Assembly (NCBI RefSeq): GCF_003334815.1 | Contig: NZ_QOWO01000007.1 | Length of the DNA stretch: 64,000 bases | Direction: 5' to 3' (one strand) | Source of the DNA: Escherichia coli | Lineage (GTDB): Bacteria > Pseudomonadota > Gammaproteobacteria > Enterobacterales > Enterobacteriaceae | Notes under the pieces: generated by a model | Databases searched by the model: none | Seen by the model: only the letters and a program-made list of their open reading frames with translations | What the model was told of the DNA's origin: nothing | Shown here: positions 40,617-50,513 of the stretch, one piece after another | Layout: every line of letters starts with the position of its first letter | How positions within the stretch are numbered: position 1 is the stretch's first letter | Made by a program: the position numbers and the translations under genes

Positions 40617-41594
40617 CTAAATCTGGTGCTTTTTCAACAACGCGCGGAACTGATGATAAGTTAACCCCAGTAATTCAGCCGCGCGCTTCTGGTTATATTT
40701 CCCTTGTTGCAAACTGAGTTGCAGCAACTCTTTTTCCTGCTGCATCTGAAACTCACGTAAATCCAGCGGCAGTGTTGGAAGCGAGGTGGTTTCTGAAACG
40801 GCGATAGCGTCTTCAGGCGGACGCCGTTTAAAGGGATCAATAATGATGTCATCAAGCGGATAATCGCTGGTGCCGTGGCGATACACTGAACGTTCCACCA
40901 CGTTTTTCAATTCACGAATATTTCCCGGCCAACGATAATTCAGCAATGTTTCTCTGGCGCGCTCCGTAAACCCCGGGAACAGAGGCAGCTTGATTTCCCG
41001 ACACATCTGGATGGCAAAGTATTCTGCCATCAACATTATGTCGCTTTCGCGCTCGCGCAGTGGTGGCAGTTGTACAACATCAAAAGCCAGTCGGTCGAGC
41101 AGGTCAGCGCGAAAAGTGCCTTCATTGACCATCGCCGGGAGATCGGCATTCGTCGCGCATACCAACCGCACATTCACCTGCAATGGCTGGCTGCCGCCAA
41201 CGCGCTCCAGTTCACCGTACTCAATCACGCGCAATAATTTCTCCTGCACCATCATCGGTGCCGTAGCGAGTTCATCAAGAAATAGCGTACCGCCGTCGGC
41301 ACGTTCAAATCTCCCTGGATGACGTTTTTGCGCACCGGTAAACGCCCCCGCTTCGTGACCAAACAGTTCGGAATCCAGCAGATTTTCATTTAACGCCGCG
41401 CAGTTAAGGGAAATAAACGGCCCTTGCCAACGGGAGGAGAGATAATGCAGGCGGCTGGCAATCAGCTCTTTACCGGTGCCGCGTTCGCCGATGATGAGCA
41501 CCGGTTTGTCCAGCGGTGCGAGATGCGAAACCTGTTCCAGCACTTCGAGAAAGCTGTTCGCCTCACCAAGTAAATTATCTTTGTATTCTGCCAT
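40617..41594 (-). CDS. pspF: Sigma54-dependent activator PspF (AAA+ bEBP without receiver domain)
   Basis: 325 aa from ATG 41594 (MAEYKDNLLGEANSF...), with Walker A GERGTGKE, GAFTGA loop (EAGAFTGAQ) and a C-terminal HTH. Confidence 0.95.
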   Translation of the reverse strand: MAEYKDNLLGEANSFLEVLEQVSHLAPLDKPVLIIGERGTGKELIASRLHYLSSRWQGPFISLNCAALNENLLDSELFGHEAGAFTGAQKRHPGRFERADGGTLFLDELATAPMMVQEKLLRVIEYGELERVGGSQPLQVNVRLVCATNADLPAMVNEGTFRADLLDRLAFDVVQLPPLRERESDIMLMAEYFAIQMCREIKLPLFPGFTERARETLLNYRWPGNIRELKNVVERSVYRHGTSDYPLDDIIIDPFKRRPPEDAIAVSETTSLPTLPLDLREFQMQQEKELLQLSLQQGKYNQKRAAELLGLTYHQFRALLKKHQI

Positions 41595-41688
41595 GATGAA
41601 ATTCGCCACTTGTTAGTGTAATTCGCTAACTCATCCTGGCATGTTGCTGTTGATTCTTCAATCAGATCTTTATAAATCAAAAAGATAA

Positions 41689-42429
<741 letters not shown>

Positions 42430-42438
42430 TAACATCCA

Positions 42439-42460
42439 GGCGGCGTCCGAACGCGCCGCC
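42439..42460 (+). other. GC-rich stem-loop in the pspA-pspB spacer (intra-operon attenuator/stabiliser candidate)
   Basis: ggcggcg-tccgaacg-cgccgcc, immediately after the pspA stop. Confidence 0.5.
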
Positions 42461-42482
42461 GCTCATCGTCTAAGGAGTACTT

Positions 42483-42707
42483 ATGAGCGCGCTATTTCTG
42501 GCTATTCCGTTAACCATTTTTGTGCTGTTTGTTTTACCGATCTGGTTATGGCTGCATTACAGCAATCGTTCTGGTCGCAGTGAATTGTCGCAAAGTGAGC
42601 AGCAGCGATTAGCGCAACTGGCTGATGAAGCAAAACGGATGCGCGAACGTATTCAGGCGCTGGAATCTATTCTTGATGCAGAACATCCGAACTGGAGGGA
42701 TCGCTAA
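42483..42707 (+). CDS. pspB: Phage shock protein B
   Basis: 74-aa ORF with one N-terminal TM helix. Its stop overlaps the pspC start (TAATG). Confidence 0.95.
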   Translation: MSALFLAIPLTIFVLFVLPIWLWLHYSNRSGRSELSQSEQQRLAQLADEAKRMRERIQALESILDAEHPNWRDR

Positions 42708-43066
42708 TGGCGGGCATTAATCTCAATAAAAAATTATGGCGTATTCCACAGCAGGGCATGGTCCGCGGCGTCTGCGCCGGGATTGCCAACTATTTTGATG
42801 TACCGGTAAAACTGGTGCGTATCCTGGTGGTGCTGTCGATTTTCTTCGGTCTGGCGCTGTTTACCCTGGTTGCTTACATCATTTTGTCATTTGCGCTTGA
42901 TCCAATGCCGGACAACATGGCCTTTGGTGAGCAGCTACCTTCCAGCAGCGAATTGCTGGATGAAGTCGACCGTGAACTGGCGGCAAGTGAAACGCGTTTA
43001 CGCGAGATGGAACGTTATGTCACTTCCGATACTTTCACGTTACGTAGCCGTTTCCGTCAACTGTGA
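42707..43066 (+). CDS. pspC: Phage shock protein C
   Basis: 119-aa ORF with a PspC domain and a central TM helix. Confidence 0.95.
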
Positions 43067-43074
43067 GGAAAGTT

Positions 43075-43296
43075 ATGAATACTCGCTGGCAACAGGCCGG
43101 GCAAAAGGTAAAGCCTGGTTTCAAATTAGCAGGCAAGCTGGTACTTCTTACCGCACTGCGCTATGGCCCGGCGGGTGTGGCGGGCTGGGCGATAAAATCA
43201 GTTGCTCGCCGACCGCTGAAAATGTTGCTGGCTGTGGCGCTGGAACCGCTGTTAAGTCGGGCTGCTAATAAACTGGCACAGCGTTATAAAAGGTGA
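43075..43296 (+). CDS. pspD: Phage shock protein D
   Basis: 73 aa from ATG 43075 (SD gagga), starting [21 protein letters not shown]... The track begins 4 codons earlier at a GTG. Confidence 0.9.
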
Positions 43297-43370
43297 GGGG
43301 AGTTTCGCAAAAATTGTTAAATCTCAGGCGTATAATGGATGGCAATTTTCATCCATAGAAGGACGCTTAC

Positions 43371-43685
43371 ATGTTTAAAAAAGGCTTACTTGCTCTGGCA
43401 CTGGTGTTTTCACTGCCCGTTTTCGCCGCTGAACACTGGATCGATGTTCGTGTTCCAGAGCAGTATCAGCAAGAGCACGTTCAGGGGGCCATCAATATTC
43501 CCCTGAAGGAAGTGAAAGAGCGCATTGCCACCGCCGTTCCGGATAAAAACGACACCGTGAAAGTGTATTGCAATGCCGGACGCCAGTCAGGGCAAGCAAA
43601 AGAGATCCTTAGCGAGATGGGATATACCCACGTTGAGAACGCCGGTGGCCTGAAAGACATCGCAATGCCGAAGGTCAAAGGTTAA
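43371..43685 (+). CDS. pspE: Periplasmic rhodanese (thiosulfate sulfurtransferase) PspE
   Basis: 104-aa ORF with signal peptide MFKKGLLALALVFSLPVFA and active-site loop CNAGRQS. Confidence 0.95.
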   Translation: MFKKGLLALALVFSLPVFAAEHWIDVRVPEQYQQEHVQGAINIPLKEVKERIATAVPDKNDTVKVYCNAGRQSGQAKEILSEMGYTHVENAGGLKDIAMPKVKG

Positions 43686-43701
43686 AAGAATTCACCATGA
43701 G

Positions 43702-43727
43702 CGGCGCTTATGCGCCGTTTTTTTTTC
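43702..43727 (+). terminator. psp operon intrinsic terminator
   Basis: cggcgc-ttat-gcgccg followed by T10. Confidence 0.85.
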
Positions 43728-43833
43728 TGTCACACCTTATTTACATCCCCATAGATTATTTGCGTCAGCTCACAAATACGCTTTTTCCCTGGTAAAAAAT
43801 GATTTCCTGCGTGACTAAAACCCTTGTGCTCAA

Positions 43834-43862
43834 TTGACAGTTTATTTTCTGCGGAGTAGTCT
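43834..43862 (+). promoter_or_regulatory. Candidate sigma70 promoter of ycjM
   Basis: A perfect -35 TTGACA (43834-43839), a 17-nt spacer and a weak -10 TAGTCT (43857-43862). The operator-like 15-mer starts about 9 nt downstream. Confidence 0.4.
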
Positions 43863-43870
43863 CTCGTTTC

Positions 43871-43885
43871 ATGGGACCGCTACCA
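43871..43885 (+). promoter_or_regulatory. LacI-family operator candidate (YcjW site 1)
   Basis: ATGGGACCGCTACCA has a central CG and half-sites TGGGACC / TGGTAGC (5/7 symmetric). It is identical to 53799-53813 and ends 12 nt before the ycjM ATG. Confidence 0.6.
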
Positions 43886-43897
43886 CGGAAAGGCAAC

Positions 43898-45577
43898 ATG
43901 AAACAGAAAATTACGGATTACCTGGACGAAATCTACGGTGGAACATTTACCGCAACTCATTTACAGAAACTTGTAACGCGTCTTGAGAGTGCGAAACGAT
44001 TAATTACACAGCGACGTAAAAAACACTGGGATGAAAGTGATGTCGTGTTAATTACCTATGCCGATCAATTTCACAGCAATGATTTAAAACCATTACCCAC
44101 ATTTAATCAGTTTTACCATCAATGGCTGCAAAGCATTTTTTCACATGTTCATTTGTTGCCGTTTTATCCATGGTCATCTGATGATGGCTTTTCGGTAATT
44201 GATTATCATCAGGTCGCCAGTGAAGCGGGGGAGTGGCAGGATATTCAGCAACTCGGTGAATGCAGTCATTTAATGTTTGATTTTGTCTGCAACCATATGT
44301 CGGCAAAAAGTGAATGGTTTAAAAACTATTTACAACAGCATCCAGGTTTTGAAGATTTTTTTATTGCCGTTGACCCGCAAACCGATCTCAGCGCCGTCAC
44401 TCGCCCGCGTGCGTTACCGTTATTAACGCCATTCCAGATGCGCGATCATTCAACGCGCCATTTATGGACCACCTTTAGTGACGATCAAATTGACCTGAAT
44501 TACCGTAGCCCTGAAGTGTTGCTGGCGATGGTGGATGTTTTACTCTGTTACCTTGCGAAAGGTGCTGAGTATGTCCGCCTGGATGCCGTTGGCTTTATGT
44601 GGAAAGAGCCGGGAACAAGCTGCATCCATCTGGAAAAAACACATCTGATTATCAAACTGTTACGGTCGATTATTGATAACGTTGCGCCAGGTACAGTGAT
44701 CATTACCGAGACCAATGTTCCGCATAAAGACAACATTGCTTACTTTGGCGCAGGCGATGACGAAGCACATATGGTGTACCAGTTCTCGCTGCCGCCACTG
44801 GTGCTGCATGCGGTGCAAAAACAGAACGTTGAGGCGCTTTGTGCGTGGGCGCAAAACCTGACACTACCTTCCAGCAACACCACCTGGTTTAACTTCCTCG
44901 CCTCTCACGATGGCATCGGGCTAAACCCGCTACGGGGCTTGTTGCCTGAAAGCGAAATATTAGAGCTGGTCGAGGCGTTACAGCAGGAAGGTGCATTAGT
45001 AAACTGGAAAAATAATCCCGACGGTACACGCAGTCCGTATGAAATAAATGTGACCTATATGGATGCGTTAAGCCGCCGTGAGAGTAGCGATGAAGAACGT
45101 TGCGCCAGGTTTATCCTTGCCCATGCGATTTTGTTAAGTTTCCCCGGTGTGCCAGCGATATATATTCAAAGTATTCTTGGCTCGCGTAATGATTACGCAG
45201 GTGTCGAAAAAATCGGATATAACCGTGCGATTAACCGTAAAAAATATCACAGTAAAGAGATAACCCGAGAACTGAACGATGAAGCTACATTAAGGCATGC
45301 GGTATATCATGAGTTGTCGCGTTTAATTACACTTCGTCGCAGCCATAACGAGTTTCATCCGGATAATAATTTTACCATTGATACGATTAATTCATCCGTA
45401 ATGCGTATTCAAAGAAGTAACGCTGATGGTAATTGTCTGACTGGATTGTTTAATGTCAGTAAAAATATTCAGCATGTAAATATTACTAATCTGCATGGTC
45501 GGGATCTGATTAGTGAAGTTGATATATTGGGTAATGAAATAACGCTGCGCCCCTGGCAGGTTATGTGGATTAAATAA
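43898..45577 (+). CDS. ycjM: GH13_18 sucrose-phosphorylase-like enzyme YcjM (reported glucosylglycerate phosphorylase)
   Basis: 559 aa from ATG 43898 (MKQKITDYLDEIYGG...), alpha-amylase-family fold. The track start at 43871 lies within the operator-like sequence. Confidence 0.92.
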   Translation: MKQKITDYLDEIYGGTFTATHLQKLVTRLESAKRLITQRRKKHWDESDVVLITYADQFHSNDLKPLPTFNQFYHQWLQSIFSHVHLLPFYPWSSDDGFSVIDYHQVASEAGEWQDIQQLGECSHLMFDFVCNHMSAKSEWFKNYLQQHPGFEDFFIAVDPQTDLSAVTRPRALPLLTPFQMRDHSTRHLWTTFSDDQIDLNYRSPEVLLAMVDVLLCYLAKGAEYVRLDAVGFMWKEPGTSCIHLEKTHLIIKLLRSIIDNVAPGTVIITETNVPHKDNIAYFGAGDDEAHMVYQFSLPPLVLHAVQKQNVEALCAWAQNLTLPSSNTTWFNFLASHDGIGLNPLRGLLPESEILELVEALQQEGALVNWKNNPDGTRSPYEINVTYMDALSRRESSDEERCARFILAHAILLSFPGVPAIYIQSILGSRNDYAGVEKIGYNRAINRKKYHSKEITRELNDEATLRHAVYHELSRLITLRRSHNEFHPDNNFTIDTINSSVMRIQRSNADGNCLTGLFNVSKNIQHVNITNLHGRDLISEVDILGNEITLRPWQVMWIK

Positions 45578-45590
45578 AAAGGAACATCTC

Positions 45591-46883
45591 ATGATTAAAT
45601 CAAAAATCGTGCTGTTATCAGCACTGGTTTCATGCGCCCTGATTTCAGGCTGTAAAGAAGAAAATAAAACGAATGTATCCATCGAATTTATGCATTCTTC
45701 GGTGGAGCAGGAGCGCCAGGCCGTTATCAGTAAATTGATTGCCCGTTTTGAAAAAGAAAACCCTGGCATCACCGTTAAGCAAGTGCCCGTGGAAGAAGAT
45801 GCCTATAACACTAAAGTCATTACTCTTTCACGTAGCGGTTCGCTGCCGGAAGTGATCGAAACCAGCCATGACTACGCCAAAGTGATGGACAAAGAGCAGC
45901 TTATCGATCGCAAAGCGGTTGCCACAGTCATCAGCAACGTTGGTGAAGGCGCGTTTTACGATGGCGTACTGCGTATTGTGCGTACCGAAGATGGTAGCGC
46001 ATGGACCGGTGTTCCTGTCAGCGCCTGGATTGGCGGTATCTGGTATCGCAAAGATGTGCTGGCAAAAGCGGGGCTTGAGGAGCCGAAAAACTGGCAACAG
46101 CTGCTGGACGTTGCACAGAAACTGAATGACCCGGCGAATAAAAAATACGGCATTGCGCTGCCTACAGCAGAAAGCGTGTTGACGGAACAATCCTTCTCCC
46201 AGTTTGCGTTATCCAACCAGGCTAACGTCTTTAACGCCGAAGGCAAAATCACCCTTGATACACCAGAGATGATGCAGGCACTGACCTATTACCGCGACCT
46301 TGCTGCCAACACTATGCCGGGTTCTAACGACATCATGGAAGTGAAAGACGCCTTTATGAACGGCACCGCGCCGATGGCGATTTACTCCACCTATATCCTT
46401 CCGGCTGTGATTAAAGAAGGCGACCCGAAAAACGTCGGTTTCGTGGTGCCAACCGAGAAAAACTCTGCGGTCTACGGCATGTTGACCTCGCTGACCATTA
46501 CCGCCGGGCAAAAGACCGAAGAGACGGAAGCAGCAGAAAAATTTGTCACCTTTATGGAGCAGGCAGACAACATTGCCGACTGGGTGATGATGTCGCCAGG
46601 TGCTGCGCTGCCGGTGAATAAAGCGGTGGTGACTACCGCCACCTGGAAAGACAACGACGTTATTAAGGCGCTGGGTGAACTACCGAATCAGCTAATCGGT
46701 GAACTGCCAAATATTCAGGTTTTTGGCGCAGTAGGGGATAAAAACTTTACCCGCATGGGTGATGTGACGGGTTCTGGCGTGGTGAGTTCAATGGTGCATA
46801 ACGTCACCGTGGGTAAAGCCGATCTCTCTACTACGCTGCAAGCGAGCCAGAAAAAACTGGATGAACTGATCGAACAGCACTAA
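45591..46883 (+). CDS. ycjN: Sugar ABC transporter substrate-binding lipoprotein YcjN
   Basis: 430-aa ORF with signal peptide and lipobox LISGC, family-1 solute-binding protein. Confidence 0.92.
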   Translation: MIKSKIVLLSALVSCALISGCKEENKTNVSIEFMHSSVEQERQAVISKLIARFEKENPGITVKQVPVEEDAYNTKVITLSRSGSLPEVIETSHDYAKVMDKEQLIDRKAVATVISNVGEGAFYDGVLRIVRTEDGSAWTGVPVSAWIGGIWYRKDVLAKAGLEEPKNWQQLLDVAQKLNDPANKKYGIALPTAESVLTEQSFSQFALSNQANVFNAEGKITLDTPEMMQALTYYRDLAANTMPGSNDIMEVKDAFMNGTAPMAIYSTYILPAVIKEGDPKNVGFVVPTEKNSAVYGMLTSLTITAGQKTEETEAAEKFVTFMEQADNIADWVMMSPGAALPVNKAVVTTATWKDNDVIKALGELPNQLIGELPNIQVFGAVGDKNFTRMGDVTGSGVVSSMVHNVTVGKADLSTTLQASQKKLDELIEQH

Positions 46884-46903
46884 ACCCAGGACAGGAATCC
46901 GCA

Positions 46904-47785
46904 ATGAACAGGCTTTTTTCAGGTCGTTCCGATATGCCCTTTGCGCTGCTGCTTCTCGCGCCCAGCTTATTACTGCTGGGCGGTCTGGTGGCGTGGCCGA
47001 TGGTGTCGAATATCGAAATCAGTTTTTTACGTCTGCCGCTCAATCCCAACATCGAGTCAACGTTTGTTGGGGTGAGCAACTATGTGCGTATCCTCTCCGA
47101 TCCCGGCTTCTGGCATTCGCTGTGGATGACGGTCTGGTATACCGCGCTGGTGGTGGCGGGCAGCACCGTGCTCGGGCTGGCGGTGGCGATGTTTTTCAAC
47201 CGCGAGTTCCGCCTGCGCAAAACCGCGCGTTCGCTGGTGATCCTCTCCTACGTAACGCCGTCCATTTCGCTGGTGTTCGCCTGGAAATACATGTTCAACA
47301 ACGGCTACGGCATTGTTAACTACCTCGGCGTCGATCTTCTGCATCTCTATGAGCAGGCACCGCTGTGGTTCGATAATCCGGGCAGTAGCTTTGTGCTGGT
47401 GGTGCTGTTCGCCATCTGGCGCTACTTCCCGTATGCCTTTATCTCGTTTCTGGCGATTTTGCAGACCATCGACAAATCGCTGTACGAAGCGGCAGAGATG
47501 GATGGCGCTAATGCCTGGCAACGGTTTCGTATCGTCACGCTGCCCGCAATTATGCCGGTCCTGGCGACGGTGGTGACACTGCGCACCATCTGGATGTTCT
47601 ACATGTTCGCGGATGTTTATTTGCTGACGACCAAGGTCGATATTCTCGGTGTATATCTCTACAAAACCGCCTTTGCCTTTAATGATTTAGGAAAAGCGGC
47701 GGCGATCTCGGTGGTGCTCTTCATCATTATTTTCGCTGTCATTCTGCTGACCAGGAAACGGGTGAACCTCAATGGCAACAAATAA
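46904..47785 (+). CDS. ycjO: Sugar ABC transporter permease YcjO (MalF/UgpA type)
   Basis: 293-aa polytopic ORF with EAA-loop region LYEAAEMDGANAWQRF. Confidence 0.92.
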   Translation: MNRLFSGRSDMPFALLLLAPSLLLLGGLVAWPMVSNIEISFLRLPLNPNIESTFVGVSNYVRILSDPGFWHSLWMTVWYTALVVAGSTVLGLAVAMFFNREFRLRKTARSLVILSYVTPSISLVFAWKYMFNNGYGIVNYLGVDLLHLYEQAPLWFDNPGSSFVLVVLFAIWRYFPYAFISFLAILQTIDKSLYEAAEMDGANAWQRFRIVTLPAIMPVLATVVTLRTIWMFYMFADVYLLTTKVDILGVYLYKTAFAFNDLGKAAAISVVLFIIIFAVILLTRKRVNLNGNK

Positions 47786-48614
47786 ACGCACACTCAGTCG
47801 CATCGGTTTTTACTGCGAGCTGGCGCTGTTTCTCATCATCACGCTGTTTCCATTTTTTGTGATGCTGATGACCTCGTTCAAGGGCGCGAAAGAGGCGATC
47901 TCACTGCATCCTACGCTGCTGCCGCAGCAGTGGACGCTGGAGCATTACGTCGACATTTTTAACCCGATGATTTTCCCGTTTGTCGACTACTTCCGTAACA
48001 GTCTGGTGGTGTCTGTGGTTTCATCCGTGGTGGCGGTATTCCTCGGCATTCTTGGGGCTTACGCGCTTTCCCGCCTGCGCTTTAAAGGTCGGATGACCAT
48101 CAACGCCAGCTTTTACACGGTGTATATGTTCTCTGGCATTTTGCTGGTGGTGCCGCTTTTCAAAATCATCACCGCGCTTGGCATTTACGACACTGAGATG
48201 GCGCTGATCATCACCATGGTGACGCAAACTCTGCCCACCGCCGTGTTTATGCTGAAAAGCTACTTCGACACCATCCCCGATGAGATCGAAGAAGCGGCGA
48301 TGATGGATGGCCTCAACCGTCTGCAAATTATCTTCCGCATCACCGTGCCGTTGGCGATGTCCGGGCTGATATCCGTGTTCGTCTACTGCTTTATGGTGGC
48401 GTGGAACGACTATCTGTTTGCGTCGATTTTCCTCTCCAGCGCCAGCAATTTCACCTTACCGGTGGGCCTGAACGCGCTGTTCAGTACGCCAGATTACATC
48501 TGGGGACGGATGATGGCGGCCTCACTGGTGACCGCATTGCCGGTGGTGATTATGTATGCGCTTTCGGAACGTTTTATTAAGAGTGGTTTGACCGCCGGTG
48601 GCGTGAAGGGCTAA
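47772..48614 (+). CDS. ycjP: Sugar ABC transporter permease YcjP (MalG/UgpE type)
   Basis: 280-aa polytopic ORF with EAA loop IEEAAMMDGLNRLQIF. It overlaps ycjO by 14 nt. Confidence 0.92.
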   Translation: MATNKRTLSRIGFYCELALFLIITLFPFFVMLMTSFKGAKEAISLHPTLLPQQWTLEHYVDIFNPMIFPFVDYFRNSLVVSVVSSVVAVFLGILGAYALSRLRFKGRMTINASFYTVYMFSGILLVVPLFKIITALGIYDTEMALIITMVTQTLPTAVFMLKSYFDTIPDEIEEAAMMDGLNRLQIIFRITVPLAMSGLISVFVYCFMVAWNDYLFASIFLSSASNFTLPVGLNALFSTPDYIWGRMMAASLVTALPVVIMYALSERFIKSGLTAGGVKG

Positions 48615-48644
48615 AGCGGCCAGTTTCTTTACAAGGAGTTTTAA

Positions 48645-49697
48645 ATGAAAAAGTTAGTAGCCACAGCACCGCGTGTTGCTGCGCTGGTTGAGTATGAAGA
48701 TCGGGCGATTTTAGCTAATGAAGTGAAGATCCGCGTGCGTTTCGGCGCACCGAAACACGGAACGGAAGTGGTCGACTTCCGCGCCGCCAGCCCGTTTATT
48801 GATGAAGACTTTAACGGCGAATGGCAGATGTTCACTCCGCGTCCGGCAGATGCGCCGCGCGGCATTGAGTTTGGCAAATTCCAGCTTGGCAACATGGTGG
48901 TTGGCGACATTATCGAGTGCGGCAGCGACGTTACCGACTACGCGGTGGGCGACAGCGTATGCGGCTACGGCCCGCTCTCCGAGACGGTCATCATTAACGC
49001 TGTGAATAACTACAAGCTGCGCAAAATGCCGCAAGGCAGCTCCTGGAAAAACGCCGTCTGCTACGACCCGGCGCAGTTTGCCATGAGCGGCGTGCGCGAT
49101 GCCAACGTGCGCGTAGGGGATTTTGTGGTGGTGGTAGGGCTTGGCGCAATCGGTCAAATTGCCATCCAACTGGCTAAACGCGCTGGCGCTTCTGTGGTGA
49201 TTGGCGTCGATCCTATCGCCCATCGCTGTGATATTGCCCGTCGCCACGGCGCGGATTTCTGCCTTAACCCCATCGGCACTGATGTAGGTAAAGAGATCAA
49301 AACGCTGACCGGCAAGCAGGGTGCCGATGTGATTATCGAAACCAGCGGCTACGCCGACGCGCTGCAATCGGCGCTCCGCGGTCTGGCTTATGGCGGCACC
49401 ATCTCCTATGTCGCGTTTGCCAAGCCGTTTGCCGAAGGTTTTAACCTCGGACGCGAAGCGCATTTCAATAACGCCAAAATTGTCTTCTCTCGCGCGTGCA
49501 GCGAACCGAACCCGGATTATCCGCGCTGGAGCCGCAAGCGTATTGAAGAAACCTGTTGGGAACTGCTGATGAACGGTTATCTCAATTGCGAAGATTTAAT
49601 CGACCCGGTGGTGACCTTTGCCAATAGCCCGGAAAGCTATATGCAGTATGTCGACCAGCATCCGGAACAGAGCATCAAAATGGGCGTTACGTTTTAA
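48645..49697 (+). CDS. ycjQ: Zn-dependent medium-chain dehydrogenase YcjQ (reported D-guloside 3-dehydrogenase)
   Basis: 350-aa ORF, MDR family, with NAD-binding GLGAIG. Confidence 0.9.
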   Translation: MKKLVATAPRVAALVEYEDRAILANEVKIRVRFGAPKHGTEVVDFRAASPFIDEDFNGEWQMFTPRPADAPRGIEFGKFQLGNMVVGDIIECGSDVTDYAVGDSVCGYGPLSETVIINAVNNYKLRKMPQGSSWKNAVCYDPAQFAMSGVRDANVRVGDFVVVVGLGAIGQIAIQLAKRAGASVVIGVDPIAHRCDIARRHGADFCLNPIGTDVGKEIKTLTGKQGADVIIETSGYADALQSALRGLAYGGTISYVAFAKPFAEGFNLGREAHFNNAKIVFSRACSEPNPDYPRWSRKRIEETCWELLMNGYLNCEDLIDPVVTFANSPESYMQYVDQHPEQSIKMGVTF

Positions 49698-49715
49698 TTC
49701 AAAGGAATGAAAAAA

Positions 49716-50504
49716 ATGAAAATCGGCACACAGAATCAGGCGTTCTTTCCGGAAAACATTCTGGAGAAATTTCGTTATATCAAAGAGATGGGCTTCGATG
49801 GTTTTGAGATTGACGGCAAACTGCTGGTTAACAACATCGAAGAAGTCAAAGCGGCGATCAAAGAAACCGGTTTACCGGTGACCACCGCCTGCGGTGGCTA
49901 TGACGGATGGATTGGCGACTTTATCGAAGAGCGTCGTCTTAATGGCTTAAAGCAGATCGAGCGCATTCTCGAAGCGCTGGCAGAAGTGGGCGGTAAAGGC
50001 ATCGTCGTTCCGGCTGCGTGGGGCATGTTTACCTTCCGCTTACCGCCGATGACCTCGCCGCGTAGCCTGGACGGCGACCGCAAAATGGTGAGTGATTCCC
50101 TGCGCGTACTGGAACAGGTCGCCGCGCGTACCGGAACCGTGGTGTATCTCGAACCGTTAAACCGCTATCAGGATCATATGATCAACACCCTCGCCGATGC
50201 CCGCCGTTACATCGTCGAAAACGATCTTAAACATGTACAGATTATCGGCGATTTCTATCACATGAATATCGAAGAAGATAACCTGGCGCAGGCGCTGCAT
50301 GACAACCGCGACCTGCTCGGTCATGTGCATATTGCGGATAACCATCGCTACCAGCCGGGCAGCGGCACCCTGGATTTCCACGCGCTGTTTGAACAGCTGC
50401 GCGCGGATAACTATCAGGGCTATGTAGTGTACGAAGGGCGTATCCGGGCGGAAGATCCTGCCCAGGCGTACCGTGATTCGTTGGCCTGGTTGCGTACCTG
50501 CTAA
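49716..50504 (+). CDS. ycjR: Xylose-isomerase-like TIM-barrel epimerase YcjR (reported 3-keto-D-guloside 4-epimerase)
   Basis: 262 aa from ATG 49716. SD aaagga at 49701-49706 fits this start better than ATG 49707. Confidence 0.9.
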   Translation: MKIGTQNQAFFPENILEKFRYIKEMGFDGFEIDGKLLVNNIEEVKAAIKETGLPVTTACGGYDGWIGDFIEERRLNGLKQIERILEALAEVGGKGIVVPAAWGMFTFRLPPMTSPRSLDGDRKMVSDSLRVLEQVAARTGTVVYLEPLNRYQDHMINTLADARRYIVENDLKHVQIIGDFYHMNIEEDNLAQALHDNRDLLGHVHIADNHRYQPGSGTLDFHALFEQLRADNYQGYVVYEGRIRAEDPAQAYRDSLAWLRTC

Positions 50505-50513
50505 GAGGTCTTT

